In this document: piece by piece, positions 1 through 12,841 of the stretch
How positions within the stretch are numbered: position 1 is the stretch's first letter
How the letters are laid out: every line of letters starts with the position of its first letter
Source: an uncultured Muribaculaceae bacterium
GTDB taxonomy: Bacteria > Bacillota_I > Bacilli_A > RF39 > UBA660
NCBI GenBank assembly: GCA_964447275.1
Contig: CAYURI010000005.1
Location: 1 to 58,238 of the forward strand
Length of the DNA stretch: 58,238 nt
Reading direction: 5' to 3'
Program-made: the position numbers and the translations under genes
Notes under the pieces: model-generated
What the model was told of the DNA's origin: nothing
The model's database searches: none
The model's input: only the letters and a program-made list of their open reading frames with translations

Positions 1-722
1 TTTTATTAATTGATGATATTCAATTTTTAGCTGGAGCAGAGAAGACCCAAAGAGAATTTTTTCATACCTTTAACGCTTTATATTCAGCAAATAAACAAAT
101 TGTTATTAGTTCAGATCGTTCACCAGATGAATTAAAAGTCCTAGAAGAAAGACTTCGTACCAGATTTGCTTGGGGACTTACAACTGATATATATCCACCA
201 GATATTGAACTTAAATCAAGAATATTAAAAAACAAAATAAATGGTCACCAAGTAGCGAAAATGATTGATGATGATGTTATTAACTTTATGGCTTGTTCTT
301 GTGAAAACGATGTAAGGCATTTAGAAGGAGCGATCACCAGATTATATGCCTATGCAGCTATTAATAACACCTCTAAAATTGATTTAACATTTGCGCAAGA
401 AGCTCTAAAAGATTTTATTAGTAAATCTACTTACTTTAAAAATGATGTTTCAAAAATACAAAGTGCCGTGGCAGAAGTTTATAAAATCACTATTGAAGAC
501 CTAAAAAGCAAGCGACGTAGTAGTAACATTGCCTTTCCAAGGCAAATAGGAATGTATTTAAGTAGAATGCTAACTGATGAGTCACTACAGAAGATTGGGT
601 TAGAATTTGGTAACAGAGATCACTCAACTGTATTACATGCTTATGAAAAAATAAATAAAGATTTAATAAGTAATCAGCAATTAAAAAAGATAATAGGGGA
701 AATAAAGGATAAAATAATATAA
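1..722 (+). CDS. dnaA: Chromosomal replication initiator DnaA (5' truncated by window edge)
   Basis: Frame open from base 3: LLIDDIQFLAG (Walker B), SDRSP, LRTRFAWGL, and domain IV PRQIGMYL / RDHSTVLHA. The ORF-track start at 261 is internal. Confidence 0.98.
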   Translation, partial: LLIDDIQFLAGAEKTQREFFHTFNALYSANKQIVISSDRSPDELKVLEERLRTRFAWGLTTDIYPPDIELKSRILKNKINGHQVAKMIDDDVINFMACSCENDVRHLEGAITRLYAYAAINNTSKIDLTFAQEALKDFISKSTYFKNDVSKIQSAVAEVYKITIEDLKSKRRSSNIAFPRQIGMYLSRMLTDESLQKIGLEFGNRDHSTVLHAYEKINKDLISNQQLKKIIGEIKDKII

Positions 723-856
723 CTGTTAATAAATAGCTAGTTAAAGATAGTTATCAACAATATAATATTTAATTAAATCTAGTGTTTTAGGTGTATAATT
801 AAGTTATGAACATTATTAACAGTATTATTAATATTAAAAAAGAAAGAAGGAATAAA
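723..856. other. oriC (dnaA-dnaN intergenic part) with DnaA-box-like 9-mers
   Basis: Position between dnaA and dnaN. TTATCAACA 751-759, TTATACACC (minus) 790-798, tandem TTATGAACA 804-812 and TTATTAACA 813-821, followed by an AT-rich TTA/ATA run. Confidence 0.75.
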
Positions 857-1975
857 ATGAAATTTACGATTTCTAAAAACTTATTATTAGAAAATTTAAA
901 TTATGTTAACAAAGCTATATCAATTAAAAATATAATTCCAATACTTAATGGAATTAAATTTGAATTAAATGATGAAGGATTATATTTAACCGCAACTGAT
1001 TCAGAATTAACCATTCAAACTTTTATTGAAAAAAAGAAAATTAAGAATATTGAAAGTACAGGAACAATTATTATTCAAAGTAAATATTTAGTTGATATTA
1101 TTAGAAAGATGCCAGAAGAAGAAATTAATATTGAAGTAATTGATGGTTTGAAAATTAAAATTTATACTAATAAAAATCAATATTCATTAAATTGTTTAGA
1201 TCCAAAAGAATATCCAAAATTTAAAATTGAAACAAGTAAAACAATCTTTACTTTAGAATCAGATGTTCTAAAAAATTTAATTAATCAAACCTCATTTGCT
1301 ATATCAACTCAGGAATCTAGACCATTGTTAACTGGGATAAATTTAAAGATAACAGGAGATATTTTGGAATTAACAGCAACTGATTCATATCGCTTGGCGA
1401 AGAAGAGTATTAAATTAGCTACTGTTATTGAAGAAGAAATTAATATTGTTACTCCTGGAAAAAATTTAATTGAATTTGATAAAATATTAAATGAAAATAA
1501 ACCAGTAGAAATTAATATTTTTAGTAATAAGATAATTTTTAAATATGAAAATATTGTTTTTCAAACTAATTTATTAAATGGTACTTATCCAAACACTTCT
1601 AGTTTGATTCCCACAGATTTTGAACTAATCGTTGATATATCATTAAGTGATTATTATGATGCGATTGATAGAGCGGCTTTATTAACACAAAGCAAAGATA
1701 AAAATATTGTTAAAATGGAAATAGTAGATAATAATATGAAAATCAGTTCTTATGCATCAGAAATTGGTAAAGTAGAAGAAAATATTAATATTAAGAAGAA
1801 TAATAAGACAAATTTAGATATCTCTTTTAGTGCCAAATATATGCTTGAAGCTTTAAGGACAATTAAAGAAGATAAAATAATTATTCTTTTAAATTCTGAT
1901 GTTAAACCAATAATCATTAAGTCAGTTAAGGATGAATCTTTAATTCAACTGATACTACCAATTAAGACTTATTAA
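857..1975 (+). CDS. dnaN: DNA polymerase III beta sliding clamp
   Basis: MKFTI..., ATDSE, ESRPLLTG, ATDSYRLA, LILPIKTY. Start moved to ATG 857 after the AGGA RBS (the track start at 806 lies in oriC). Confidence 0.97.
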   Translation: MKFTISKNLLLENLNYVNKAISIKNIIPILNGIKFELNDEGLYLTATDSELTIQTFIEKKKIKNIESTGTIIIQSKYLVDIIRKMPEEEINIEVIDGLKIKIYTNKNQYSLNCLDPKEYPKFKIETSKTIFTLESDVLKNLINQTSFAISTQESRPLLTGINLKITGDILELTATDSYRLAKKSIKLATVIEEEINIVTPGKNLIEFDKILNENKPVEINIFSNKIIFKYENIVFQTNLLNGTYPNTSSLIPTDFELIVDISLSDYYDAIDRAALLTQSKDKNIVKMEIVDNNMKISSYASEIGKVEENINIKKNNKTNLDISFSAKYMLEALRTIKEDKIIILLNSDVKPIIIKSVKDESLIQLILPIKTY

Positions 1976-1997
1976 AAACAACTTCGGTTGTTTTTTT
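1974..1997 (+). terminator. Intrinsic terminator after dnaN
   Basis: AAAAACAAC-TTCG-GTTGTTTTT followed by a T run. Confidence 0.85.
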
Positions 1998-2072
1998 ATT
2001 TATTCCCATAAATCGACTAAATTCGCCTTTCAAAAGTGATATAACAGAGAACAAAAAAAGGAGGTGAATTTT

Positions 2073-2516
2073 ATGGATGAATACGAAATTAATGAGAAGA
2101 CTCTAGCAATTGTCCCTCTCGCAAATAACAAGACTAAAATTTTTGAGGATACAGATACTTACACAATTAACAAATCAGCAATTAAAATAATGGAAGATAG
2201 CTGTCAATTTTTTGGAAGTTCCTTATTAGGTAGGCAAAAAGGAACAACGAGATTAATTGGTGTTAGTCACAAAGCCCCAATAATAATTGAGGAAAGCAAA
2301 GAAATTATCTTTTTCCCAACTTCTTCACCAAGGAAAAGTATGTGTAGTTGGCTATCACTAAAAAATATTGATCGTTATTATACAAAGAATAAAAGCGTTC
2401 TTGTAAAATTTAAAAATAATACTCAAATAGAACTAAATATTTCATACGGGATAATCGATAATCAAGTGTTGAGAGCAACAAGATTAGAATCAGTGTTAAG
2501 AAGCCGAAAAAGTTAA
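2073..2516 (+). CDS. comK: Competence transcription factor ComK family protein
   Basis: YEINEKTLAIVP, KIMEDSCQFFGSSLLGRQKGT, HKAPIII, FFPTSSP...CSWL match the ComK pattern. ATG 2073 follows GGAGGTGA. Confidence 0.88.
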   Translation: MDEYEINEKTLAIVPLANNKTKIFEDTDTYTINKSAIKIMEDSCQFFGSSLLGRQKGTTRLIGVSHKAPIIIEESKEIIFFPTSSPRKSMCSWLSLKNIDRYYTKNKSVLVKFKNNTQIELNISYGIIDNQVLRATRLESVLRSRKS

Positions 2517-2620
2517 AAAAAGTTTATTTTAATGCAAAATAATGATATAATATATTTGTATGTATAGGTATACAGCAAATATGTTATTTTTTATTATTTA
2601 ATAGTTAAAGAGGCTTAAAT

Positions 2621-5624
<3,004 letters not shown>

Positions 5625-5633
5625 GAGGGTTTT

Positions 5634-8048
5634 ATGGACAGAATAAATGAAAAAAACATCGTAGAGGAGGTTAAAAAAGCTTTTACTGATTACTCAATGA
5701 GTGTTATTGTTTCTAGAGCTATTCCGGACCTAAGAGATGGGCTAAAACCAGTTCATAGAAGAATTTTATACACAATGTATGAAAACGGTTTTACTCCTGA
5801 CAAACCATATCGTAAATGTGCTAAAACAGTCGGGGATGTAATGGGTAATTATCACCCACATGGAGATTCTTCTATTTACGAGGCAATGGTAAGAATGGCT
5901 CAAGACTTTAGTTATCGTTATATGCTTGTTGATGGACATGGTAATTTTGGTAACATGGACGGTGATGGAGCAGCAGCATATCGTTATACTGAAGCTAGAC
6001 TTTCAAAAATATCATTAGAATTACTAAGAGATATAAATAAAACGTCTGATTTCACCAAAAACTTTGATGAGACATTAGATGAACCGGTTGTTTTGTCTTC
6101 TAGATTCCCTAATATAATAGTTAATGGAACAATGGGAATTGCGGTCGGTATGGCCACTAATATTCCGCCTCATAATTTAGGGGAAGTAATAGATGGTTGT
6201 GTAGCATATATCAATAATCCAGATATTACATTGCCAGAACTAATGACTTATATAAAAGGACCAGACTTTCCAACTGGAGGAATAATTCTTGGTAATAGTG
6301 GGATTAAAAAAGCGTATGAAACCGGAAAAGGCTCAATAACAGTTAGATGTAGGGCCAGGATCGAAGATGAAAATGGTAAAAATCGTATTGTTATTAGTGA
6401 ATTGCCATATGGAATTAACACTCTAGATTTGAAAACCAAAATTGGTGAATTAGTAAGAAATAAAGTGTTAGATGGTATTTCTGATTACCATGATGCAACA
6501 GATTTAGATACAGGCGTTAACATTATTATCAGTGTTAAAAAAGAAGCTAATGCTAATGTTATATTAAATAACTTATTTAAACATACGCAGTTGCAGTCAA
6601 CATTTGGTATTATATTTTTAATGCTAGATCATGGCATTCCTAAGACCTTACCACTAAAAGATATAATTTCTAAGTATATTGACTATCAAAAAGAAGTAAT
6701 TATTAGAAGAACTAAATTCGATTTAGAAAAAGCTGAAAATAGGGTTCACATTTTAGAAGGCTTAAAGATAGCTTTAGATCATATTGATGAGATAATAAAG
6801 TTAATTAAAGCCGCTAAAAACGATGATGATGCTCAAAAAGGGTTACAAGAAAGATTTAATTTAACCGAAATCCAAGCTCAAGCTATTCTGGAGATGAAAT
6901 TAAGAAGATTAACAGGCTTAGAAAGAGAAAAGATTGAATCAGAGTTGAAGGAATTGCTAGAACTAATTGACAGCTTAAAGGCAATATTAGCTAGCGAAGC
7001 TAAAATTTTAGGTATTATTAAGGACGAATTGTTAGAAATAAAACAAAAATATGCTGACGAAAGAAGAACTGAAATAGACATGTCAGCAATCGAATACATT
7101 GAAGATGAGTCTTTAATACCTGAAGAAGAGATAATTGTAACACTTACTAACAAAGGGTATATCAAAAGATTAGCAATGGATGAATATAAGACCCAAAACC
7201 GCGGTGGGGTCGGTGTTAAGGGCATTACCACTAATGAAGAAGATTTTGTTGAACACTTGATTAACCTATCAACCCATGATTATTTATTGTGTTTTACTAA
7301 TAAAGGTAAGGTCTATCGCTTAAAAGGTTATGAAATTCCAGAATTTGGTAAACAAGCAAAAGGTTTACCAATAGTAAACTTAATTCAAATTGAAAAAGAC
7401 GAAACGGTAAATTCAATAATAAAATTAGCAAAGGATAACGAATATAAGCATTTGCTATTTGCAACCAAAAAAGGAATCGTTAAAAAAACAAGCATATCTG
7501 ATTTTGATAATATTCGTACAACTGGCAAGATATGTATAAGTTTAAGAGACGGTGATGAATTAATTGCGGTTAGAAAGACAACTGGTGAAGACGAGGTGTT
7601 ATTAGGATCATCTTTAGGCAGAATGGCCAAGTTTAACGAAAAAGATGTTAGAGTTATGGGCAGAACTGCTAGCGGTGTTAAAGGAATAAACCTAGGATTA
7701 GGTGATTGTATAGGAGCAGAAGTTGCTAATAGCAAACAGAGCATACTAATTGTTACTGAAAATGGTTATGGAAAGAAAACTCCTATAGAAGAGTACCGCT
7801 TATCAAAAAGAGGCAGTAAAGGCGTAAAAGCTTTAAGCATAACAGCGAAAAACGGTAATATTTCGTCTTTCAAAATTGTTAAAGATGATTCTGATGTAAT
7901 GATTATTACTAATTTTGGTACAGTAATAAGACTTCCTTTAGATCAAATATCAGAATTAGGAAGAGTTACACAAGGTGTAAGATTAATTAACTTAAAAGAA
8001 AATCAAAAAGTATCAACAATCAGTATAGTTGATAAATCGGCCGAATAA
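5634..8048 (+). CDS. gyrA: DNA gyrase subunit A
   Basis: [28 protein letters not shown] and the GyrA-box QNRGGVG, which separates it from ParC. Confidence 0.98.
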   Translation: MDRINEKNIVEEVKKAFTDYSMSVIVSRAIPDLRDGLKPVHRRILYTMYENGFTPDKPYRKCAKTVGDVMGNYHPHGDSSIYEAMVRMAQDFSYRYMLVDGHGNFGNMDGDGAAAYRYTEARLSKISLELLRDINKTSDFTKNFDETLDEPVVLSSRFPNIIVNGTMGIAVGMATNIPPHNLGEVIDGCVAYINNPDITLPELMTYIKGPDFPTGGIILGNSGIKKAYETGKGSITVRCRARIEDENGKNRIVISELPYGINTLDLKTKIGELVRNKVLDGISDYHDATDLDTGVNIIISVKKEANANVILNNLFKHTQLQSTFGIIFLMLDHGIPKTLPLKDIISKYIDYQKEVIIRRTKFDLEKAENRVHILEGLKIALDHIDEIIKLIKAAKNDDDAQKGLQERFNLTEIQAQAILEMKLRRLTGLEREKIESELKELLELIDSLKAILASEAKILGIIKDELLEIKQKYADERRTEIDMSAIEYIEDESLIPEEEIIVTLTNKGYIKRLAMDEYKTQNRGGVGVKGITTNEEDFVEHLINLSTHDYLLCFTNKGKVYRLKGYEIPEFGKQAKGLPIVNLIQIEKDETVNSIIKLAKDNEYKHLLFATKKGIVKKTSISDFDNIRTTGKICISLRDGDELIAVRKTTGEDEVLLGSSLGRMAKFNEKDVRVMGRTASGVKGINLGLGDCIGAEVANSKQSILIVTENGYGKKTPIEEYRLSKRGSKGVKALSITAKNGNISSFKIVKDDSDVMIITNFGTVIRLPLDQISELGRVTQGVRLINLKENQKVSTISIVDKSAE

Positions 8049-8058
8049 TTTAAAACAA

Positions 8059-8074
8059 TGTTTCACGTGAAACA
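8059..8074. other. parS centromere site 1 (inside a 30-bp perfect palindrome, 8052-8081, that also forms the gyrA terminator)
   Basis: Exact TGTTTCACGTGAAACA consensus. Confidence 0.95.
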
Positions 8075-8093
8075 TTGTTTTTTTGATACAAAT

Positions 8094-8109
8094 TATTTCC
8101 CGGGAAATA
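8094..8109. promoter_or_regulatory. Noc-binding site (NBS)
   Basis: Exact TATTTCCCGGGAAATA, matching the B. subtilis Noc-binding consensus, inside a 22-bp perfect palindrome 8091-8112. Confidence 0.8.
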
Positions 8110-8116
8110 ATTTTAA

Positions 8117-8132
8117 TGTTTCACGTGAAACA
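8117..8132. other. parS centromere site 2
   Basis: Exact TGTTTCACGTGAAACA consensus. Confidence 0.95.
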
Positions 8133-8170
8133 TAGGTTGATTAAAAAAAAATAAAATGCTATTATTTAGT

Positions 8171-8242
8171 GGTGCAACAAGCCCGTTGATAAATAGTCAG
8201 GACCGGAAGGTAGCAGCTAAATCATTTAAGGCTTGTGTGCAC
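8171..8242 (+). ncRNA. ffs: Small (4.5S-type) signal recognition particle RNA
   Basis: Conserved domain IV GTCAGGACCGGAAGGTAGCAGC closed by GTGCA-ACAAGCC / GGCTTGT-GTGCAC, followed by a T run; TGnTATTAT -10 just upstream. Confidence 0.9.
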
Positions 8243-8262
8243 TTTTTTAAAGGAGTAAAAAA

Positions 8263-8673
8263 ATGATACATCATTATTTTGATATAGCAATAAAAGAATC
8301 TTTAAAAGCTGAGAAAAAAGAAAGTGTACCAATTGGTGCAGTAATAATAAAGGATAATAAAATAATCGCTAAAGCCCATAACATTAATTATAAATCTAAA
8401 AAAGTTATGGATCATGCTGAAATTATATGCATTAAAAAAGCCTCTAAGCTTCTTGGCGACTGGCGATTAACAAATTGTGATATGTATGTTACTTTAGAAC
8501 CTTGTAATATGTGTAAAGAAGTAATTAAGGCATCCAGGATTAGAAATGTTTATTATTTAACTCCACAAAAAGAGCTTGTTTGCAAATCGCAAACAAAGTT
8601 CTTTGCAGTAAAAAACATTAATAGTGAATTAACTGAAAAAAAATTAAAAACTTTCTTTAAAAAAAGAAGATAG
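8263..8673 (+). CDS. tadA: tRNA adenosine(34) deaminase family protein
   Basis: VPIGAVI, HAE, TLEPCNMC zinc-deaminase motifs; next to ffs and dnaX as in Bacilli. Confidence 0.9.
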   Translation: MIHHYFDIAIKESLKAEKKESVPIGAVIIKDNKIIAKAHNINYKSKKVMDHAEIICIKKASKLLGDWRLTNCDMYVTLEPCNMCKEVIKASRIRNVYYLTPQKELVCKSQTKFFAVKNINSELTEKKLKTFFKKRR

Positions 8674-8713
8674 AAAATAAAATTATGATATAATTAATTC
8701 AGTGGGTGGGAAC

Positions 8714-10300
8714 ATGGAATATAAAGTTTTATATCGAAAATATCGTCCAGCCAGTTTTGGCGAAATCGTTGGACAAGATTATATTATAAACATTTTAAAA
8801 AAATCGATTATAGGCAACAAATTATCGCATGCTTATCTTTTTTCTGGGCCAAGAGGAACAGGTAAAACTAGTACAGCAAAGGTTTTTGCCAAAGCAATTA
8901 ATTGCGAGAACAATGAAAATGGTGAGCCTTGTAATAAATGTTCGTCTTGTATAGAATTTGATAATAGCCCAGATATTATTGAGATTGATGCTGCGTCAAA
9001 TAATGGGGTTGATGAGATAAGAGAACTTAGGAATAATATTAAACTCGTTCCTGCATTATCTAAATACAAAGTTTATATTATTGATGAAGTTCACATGTTG
9101 TCAATCGGAGCTTTTAATGCTTTATTAAAAACACTGGAAGAACCACCGGCACACATTATATTTATTTTAGCGACAACTGATGCTCAAAAAATCCCTGTTA
9201 CGGTTGTTTCTAGGTGTCAAAGATTTGATTTTCACCAGTTAAGTGTGGATAGAATATCAGAATATTTAATAAAGGTTTGCGAATTAGAAGGAATAAAAGC
9301 CGCTAAAGAAGCAACTGATGAAATAGCATATCTAAGTGATGGGGCAATGAGAGACGCCCTGGGATTATTAGATCAAATATTAGGATTAGTTAACAACGAG
9401 CTAACAATAAAAGATGTTGAAGGAATAATAAAAACCGTTTCTATGCAAAAACTTGAAGAGCTTTATGGTGCTCTTTATAATAATGACCCATTAATGATTT
9501 CGACAATTGTTAATAATGTTGAAAAAGATGGTTATGATTTTACTTCTTTTGTTAATAAATTAGTTAAGTTTTTAAGAGATAAAGCTCTTTTGATAAAAAA
9601 AGGAGACTTAAATAGCAAAATTAGCTTTACTAAAATAAAAAATTTGGTATTTAACTTAAATAAGATTCTATATAATAGCAAAACTGAAATTAGTCCATTT
9701 TTATTATTAGAAATGGAACTTTTAGATAATACCAGTGAAGAAGATTTAAAAGTAGCTTCGCCAGAAAATTTGGTAGAAGAAGTAAAACCAAAAGCAGTGG
9801 AGCAAAATGCTGAAAAACATGAAGAGGATCTATTGTTAATTGACGACTCAATAAAAAAAATTAGAATAAATAATTGCTTCGCCAAAGCTAATAAAGAGAA
9901 TCTTAATTTAAATAAAAAAACTTGGCTTGATTTCATAAATTATGTTGCAGAAAATGATTATAAATTGTGTGGGTTTGTTGTTGATAGTCAAGTTGCTGCG
10001 GCTTCCGATGCTTATCTTTTAATAACTTGCAGTAGTGATAGCCAAGCAGCCTTGTTTAATAAAAATAAAGAAAAAATTGAAAAAGCTTATTTAGAGTTTT
10101 CTAAAGAGAAGTATTTGTTGGTTCTCTTAACAAATGAAGAATGGGAAAGCTGTAAAACCAAGTACATAGAAGACAAAAAAAACAATATAGTTTATGAAAT
10201 TATTGAAGAAGAAAAGCCTAAGAAAAAAAATATTGCTGAAACTAAAATTGGTAAAATGGCTTATAAAATATTCGATGAAAAAAATATAAAAATACAGTAA
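8714..10300 (+). CDS. dnaX: DNA polymerase III subunit gamma/tau
   Basis: LYRKYRP, GPRGTGKT, EIDAASNNGVDEIR, IIDEVHML, SRCQRF. Start set at ATG 8714. Confidence 0.97.
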   Translation: MEYKVLYRKYRPASFGEIVGQDYIINILKKSIIGNKLSHAYLFSGPRGTGKTSTAKVFAKAINCENNENGEPCNKCSSCIEFDNSPDIIEIDAASNNGVDEIRELRNNIKLVPALSKYKVYIIDEVHMLSIGAFNALLKTLEEPPAHIIFILATTDAQKIPVTVVSRCQRFDFHQLSVDRISEYLIKVCELEGIKAAKEATDEIAYLSDGAMRDALGLLDQILGLVNNELTIKDVEGIIKTVSMQKLEELYGALYNNDPLMISTIVNNVEKDGYDFTSFVNKLVKFLRDKALLIKKGDLNSKISFTKIKNLVFNLNKILYNSKTEISPFLLLEMELLDNTSEEDLKVASPENLVEEVKPKAVEQNAEKHEEDLLLIDDSIKKIRINNCFAKANKENLNLNKKTWLDFINYVAENDYKLCGFVVDSQVAAASDAYLLITCSSDSQAALFNKNKEKIEKAYLEFSKEKYLLVLLTNEEWESCKTKYIEDKKNNIVYEIIEEEKPKKKNIAETKIGKMAYKIFDEKNIKIQ

Positions 10301-10315
10301 TAAGGAGGAATAAAC

Positions 10316-10603
10316 ATGAATATGCAAGCAATGATGGCCCAAGCTCAAAAATTACAAAAAGATATAATGGCCAAAAAAGAGGAAATAAATAATCAAGAAT
10401 TTAGTGAAAAAAATGATTTTGTAGAAATAGTTGTTATGGGGAATAAAAAAATTAAGAAGATTACCATTAATAAAAATTCTGCTGAAGATTTAGAAACTTT
10501 AGAAGATATGATTTTAATTGCTTATAATAAGGCGTTGGAAAAAGTAGAAAAAGAAACGGAAAGAGTCCTTGGCGCTTACGGCTCATTAAATGGTTTAATT
10601 TAA
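10316..10603 (+). CDS. ybaB: YbaB/EbfC nucleoid-associated protein
   Basis: MNMQAMMAQAQKLQ, DLETLEDMILIAYN; lies between dnaX and recR. Confidence 0.92.
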   Translation: MNMQAMMAQAQKLQKDIMAKKEEINNQEFSEKNDFVEIVVMGNKKIKKITINKNSAEDLETLEDMILIAYNKALEKVEKETERVLGAYGSLNGLI

Positions 10604-10605
10604 TT

Positions 10606-11202
10606 ATGTATTATCCAAAAAGCGTAGAAGAATTAATAGAACATTTTAAAAAATTGCCTAGCGTTGGTGAAAAGAGTGCTGAAAGATATGTGCTTGCTTT
10701 GTTAAACGAAAAAGACGAAGACTTAGAGAACTTTAGCAAAGCCATTAAGAAATTAAATAAAAAAATAAAAAAATGTAAAATCTGTGGTCATATAACAGAG
10801 GAAGAATTGTGTGGCGTTTGTAGTAATTTAAATCGTAATAAAAAAATAATTTGTGTTTTAGAAGATTATAAAAGTGTTTTTGCTTTTGAAAAAGTTGGTA
10901 ATTATAAAGGAGTTTATCATGTTTTGGGTGGTTTGATATCGCCAATTGATAAAGTAGACCCAGCTGATCTAAATATTTCATCTTTAATAAAAAGGGTGGA
11001 AGAAATTGCCGACTGCGAAGTTATTATTGCTCTAAACTCAACTATTGAAGGAGAAATGACCACTTTATATATAAAAAAGATATTAGAAAATAAAAAGGTT
11101 ACTGTTTCTAGGCTTTCTTACGGGATATCAATGGGTGCCGAAATTGATTATTTAGATCCGATATCTTTAGATAAGGCCTTGGCGGATCGTAAAAATATTT
11201 AA
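10606..11202 (+). CDS. recR: Recombination mediator RecR
   Basis: LPSVGEKSAER, C4 zinc finger, YHVLGGLISP, TOPRIM EGEMT. Confidence 0.96.
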   Translation: MYYPKSVEELIEHFKKLPSVGEKSAERYVLALLNEKDEDLENFSKAIKKLNKKIKKCKICGHITEEELCGVCSNLNRNKKIICVLEDYKSVFAFEKVGNYKGVYHVLGGLISPIDKVDPADLNISSLIKRVEEIADCEVIIALNSTIEGEMTTLYIKKILENKKVTVSRLSYGISMGAEIDYLDPISLDKALADRKNI

Positions 11203-11215
11203 GGAGTAGTTTAGC

Positions 11216-12052
11216 ATGGGAGATTGTTTTGAAAAAATTTATAGTTCTTTCTTGGCAAATAAAATGGGCCATGCTTTTTTAATTGAAACAAATAACATCG
11301 AAGAAACCTACAAACAAATTTTAAAACTAGCAAAAAAGATTAATTGTATTTCAAGTTATAACGATAATTGCCAAGAAGCGTGTGATATTTGTTTTCAAAT
11401 TGATAATTTTTGCCTTCCATCAATAAAATGTATAGAACCGATTGGTCAAATGATAAAAAAAGAGCAAATCATTGAAGTAAAAAATGCTTTTAATAGCAAC
11501 TCTTTAATTACGAAATATAACATTTACATTATTAAAAACGCTGAGAAGTTAAATTCACCATCTGCTAATGTATTACTAAAGTTCTTAGAAGAACCATCAA
11601 CAGAAACTCTTGCTTTTTTTGTTTTAAATAACAAGAAGAATATAATACCAACAATAAAAAGTCGTTGCCAAATTTTTAGCTATAATGTCTTAAATACGCA
11701 AACAGATAACGAAATAGATTTGATTAATAAAGTAGAAGATATATTTAAAAACTTGTCTATAGAAAAGAGCGCTTCCTTTATAAAAAATAAAGGGATAGTT
11801 TTATCAAATTCAAAAGAAAAGAAGGAACAAGAACAATTTTTAAATTTTATTTTTAATTTATTAACTAATGAAATAAATTGCCGATTAAACTCAAAACCAT
11901 CTGATCAAAATCATCTATTTTCTAAGTTTTCTAATAAAAGTTTAATAAAAATAATCCAAAAAACCAAAGAAACTATTGAAAAAGCTTCATATAATGTTAA
12001 TATGGAGTTACTACTTGATGATTATTTCATAAAAATAGGAGAATTAATATGA
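11216..12052 (+). CDS. holB: DNA polymerase III delta' subunit
   Basis: HAFLI, Cys cluster, SANVLLKFLEEP, IIPTIKSRCQ; precedes ricT as in Bacilli. Confidence 0.88.
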   Translation: MGDCFEKIYSSFLANKMGHAFLIETNNIEETYKQILKLAKKINCISSYNDNCQEACDICFQIDNFCLPSIKCIEPIGQMIKKEQIIEVKNAFNSNSLITKYNIYIIKNAEKLNSPSANVLLKFLEEPSTETLAFFVLNNKKNIIPTIKSRCQIFSYNVLNTQTDNEIDLINKVEDIFKNLSIEKSASFIKNKGIVLSNSKEKKEQEQFLNFIFNLLTNEINCRLNSKPSDQNHLFSKFSNKSLIKIIQKTKETIEKASYNVNMELLLDDYFIKIGELI

Positions 12053-12837
12053 TGAATATATATGGAGTTTCTTTTAAACAAAACGGTAAGGTGTATTATT
12101 TTAATGGCCATGACCTTTCTTTAGAAAAAGGAACTAATGTTATTGTTGAAACTGAAAAAGGATTGCAGTATGGTAAAGTTACTAACTTAGTTCAAGAGAA
12201 AAATTTAAATAATCTTAAAGACATAATAAGGGTTGCTGATGAAAAAGATAAAGAAATCTATGCAGACAATTTAAAAGATGCTGATAGAGCGTTGAAAAAT
12301 GCGCGAAAGTTTGCTTCAGAGTTAGACTTAGAGATGACAATATTGGACGCCAGTTTTACTTTTGATAAAAAGCAATTACTTTTTAATTTTATTTCTGATG
12401 GTCGAGTTGATTTTAGGGAGTTAGCTAAAAGGTTGGCTGGAGTATATAGAACAAGAATAGAACTTAGACAAATTGGTGCAAGAGACAAAGCCAAGGAAAT
12501 AGGTGGCTATGGCCAGTGTGGACGCCCTTTGTGTTGTGCTAACCATTTAGGGCACATTGATGCTGTTACAATAAATATGGCTAAAAATCAAAATATTGCT
12601 TTAAATCCAACGAAAATTAATGGTGTTTGTGGAAGATTGCTTTGTTGTTTGGAATATGAAGATGATAATTATTCTTGTTGCCAAAAAGGAATGCCTTATG
12701 TTGGGCAAAGAATAAAATACCAGGGTGAAGATGCAACAGTTATTGGCATTGATGTTTTAAATAGGACTTATAAAATCCAGATGAGCCAAGCTAAAATAGA
12801 AGTTAGTTTAGATAAAGACTGTAAATGTAAGGAATGA
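12049..12837 (+). CDS. ricT: RicT/YaaT (PSP1 domain) regulatory Fe-S protein
   Basis: RVDFRELAK, RIELRQIGARD, CGRPLCC and CGRLLCCLEYE. Confidence 0.93.
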   Translation: MMNIYGVSFKQNGKVYYFNGHDLSLEKGTNVIVETEKGLQYGKVTNLVQEKNLNNLKDIIRVADEKDKEIYADNLKDADRALKNARKFASELDLEMTILDASFTFDKKQLLFNFISDGRVDFRELAKRLAGVYRTRIELRQIGARDKAKEIGGYGQCGRPLCCANHLGHIDAVTINMAKNQNIALNPTKINGVCGRLLCCLEYEDDNYSCCQKGMPYVGQRIKYQGEDATVIGIDVLNRTYKIQMSQAKIEVSLDKDCKCKE

Positions 12838-12841
12838 TTTT

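Noticed and set aside
540-542. Possible AGG-to-Met or CGA reassignment as known in some uncultured Bacilli
   Set aside because: AGG occupies the conserved Arg of DnaA PRQ (540-542) and CGA the conserved Arg of TadA WRL (8464-8466); ATG is used normally.
2518-2530. ComK AT-box AAAA-GTTTA-TTTT before recF
   Set aside because: A K-box needs a second box at 8, 18 or 31 nt; I found none at 8 or 18, and single boxes are expected by chance at this AT content.
9592-9860. A-runs in dnaX as a gamma/tau frameshift or slippage signal
   Set aside because: Runs are 7-8 A, no in-frame A-AAA-AAG with a stimulator was seen, and similar runs occur throughout the window.
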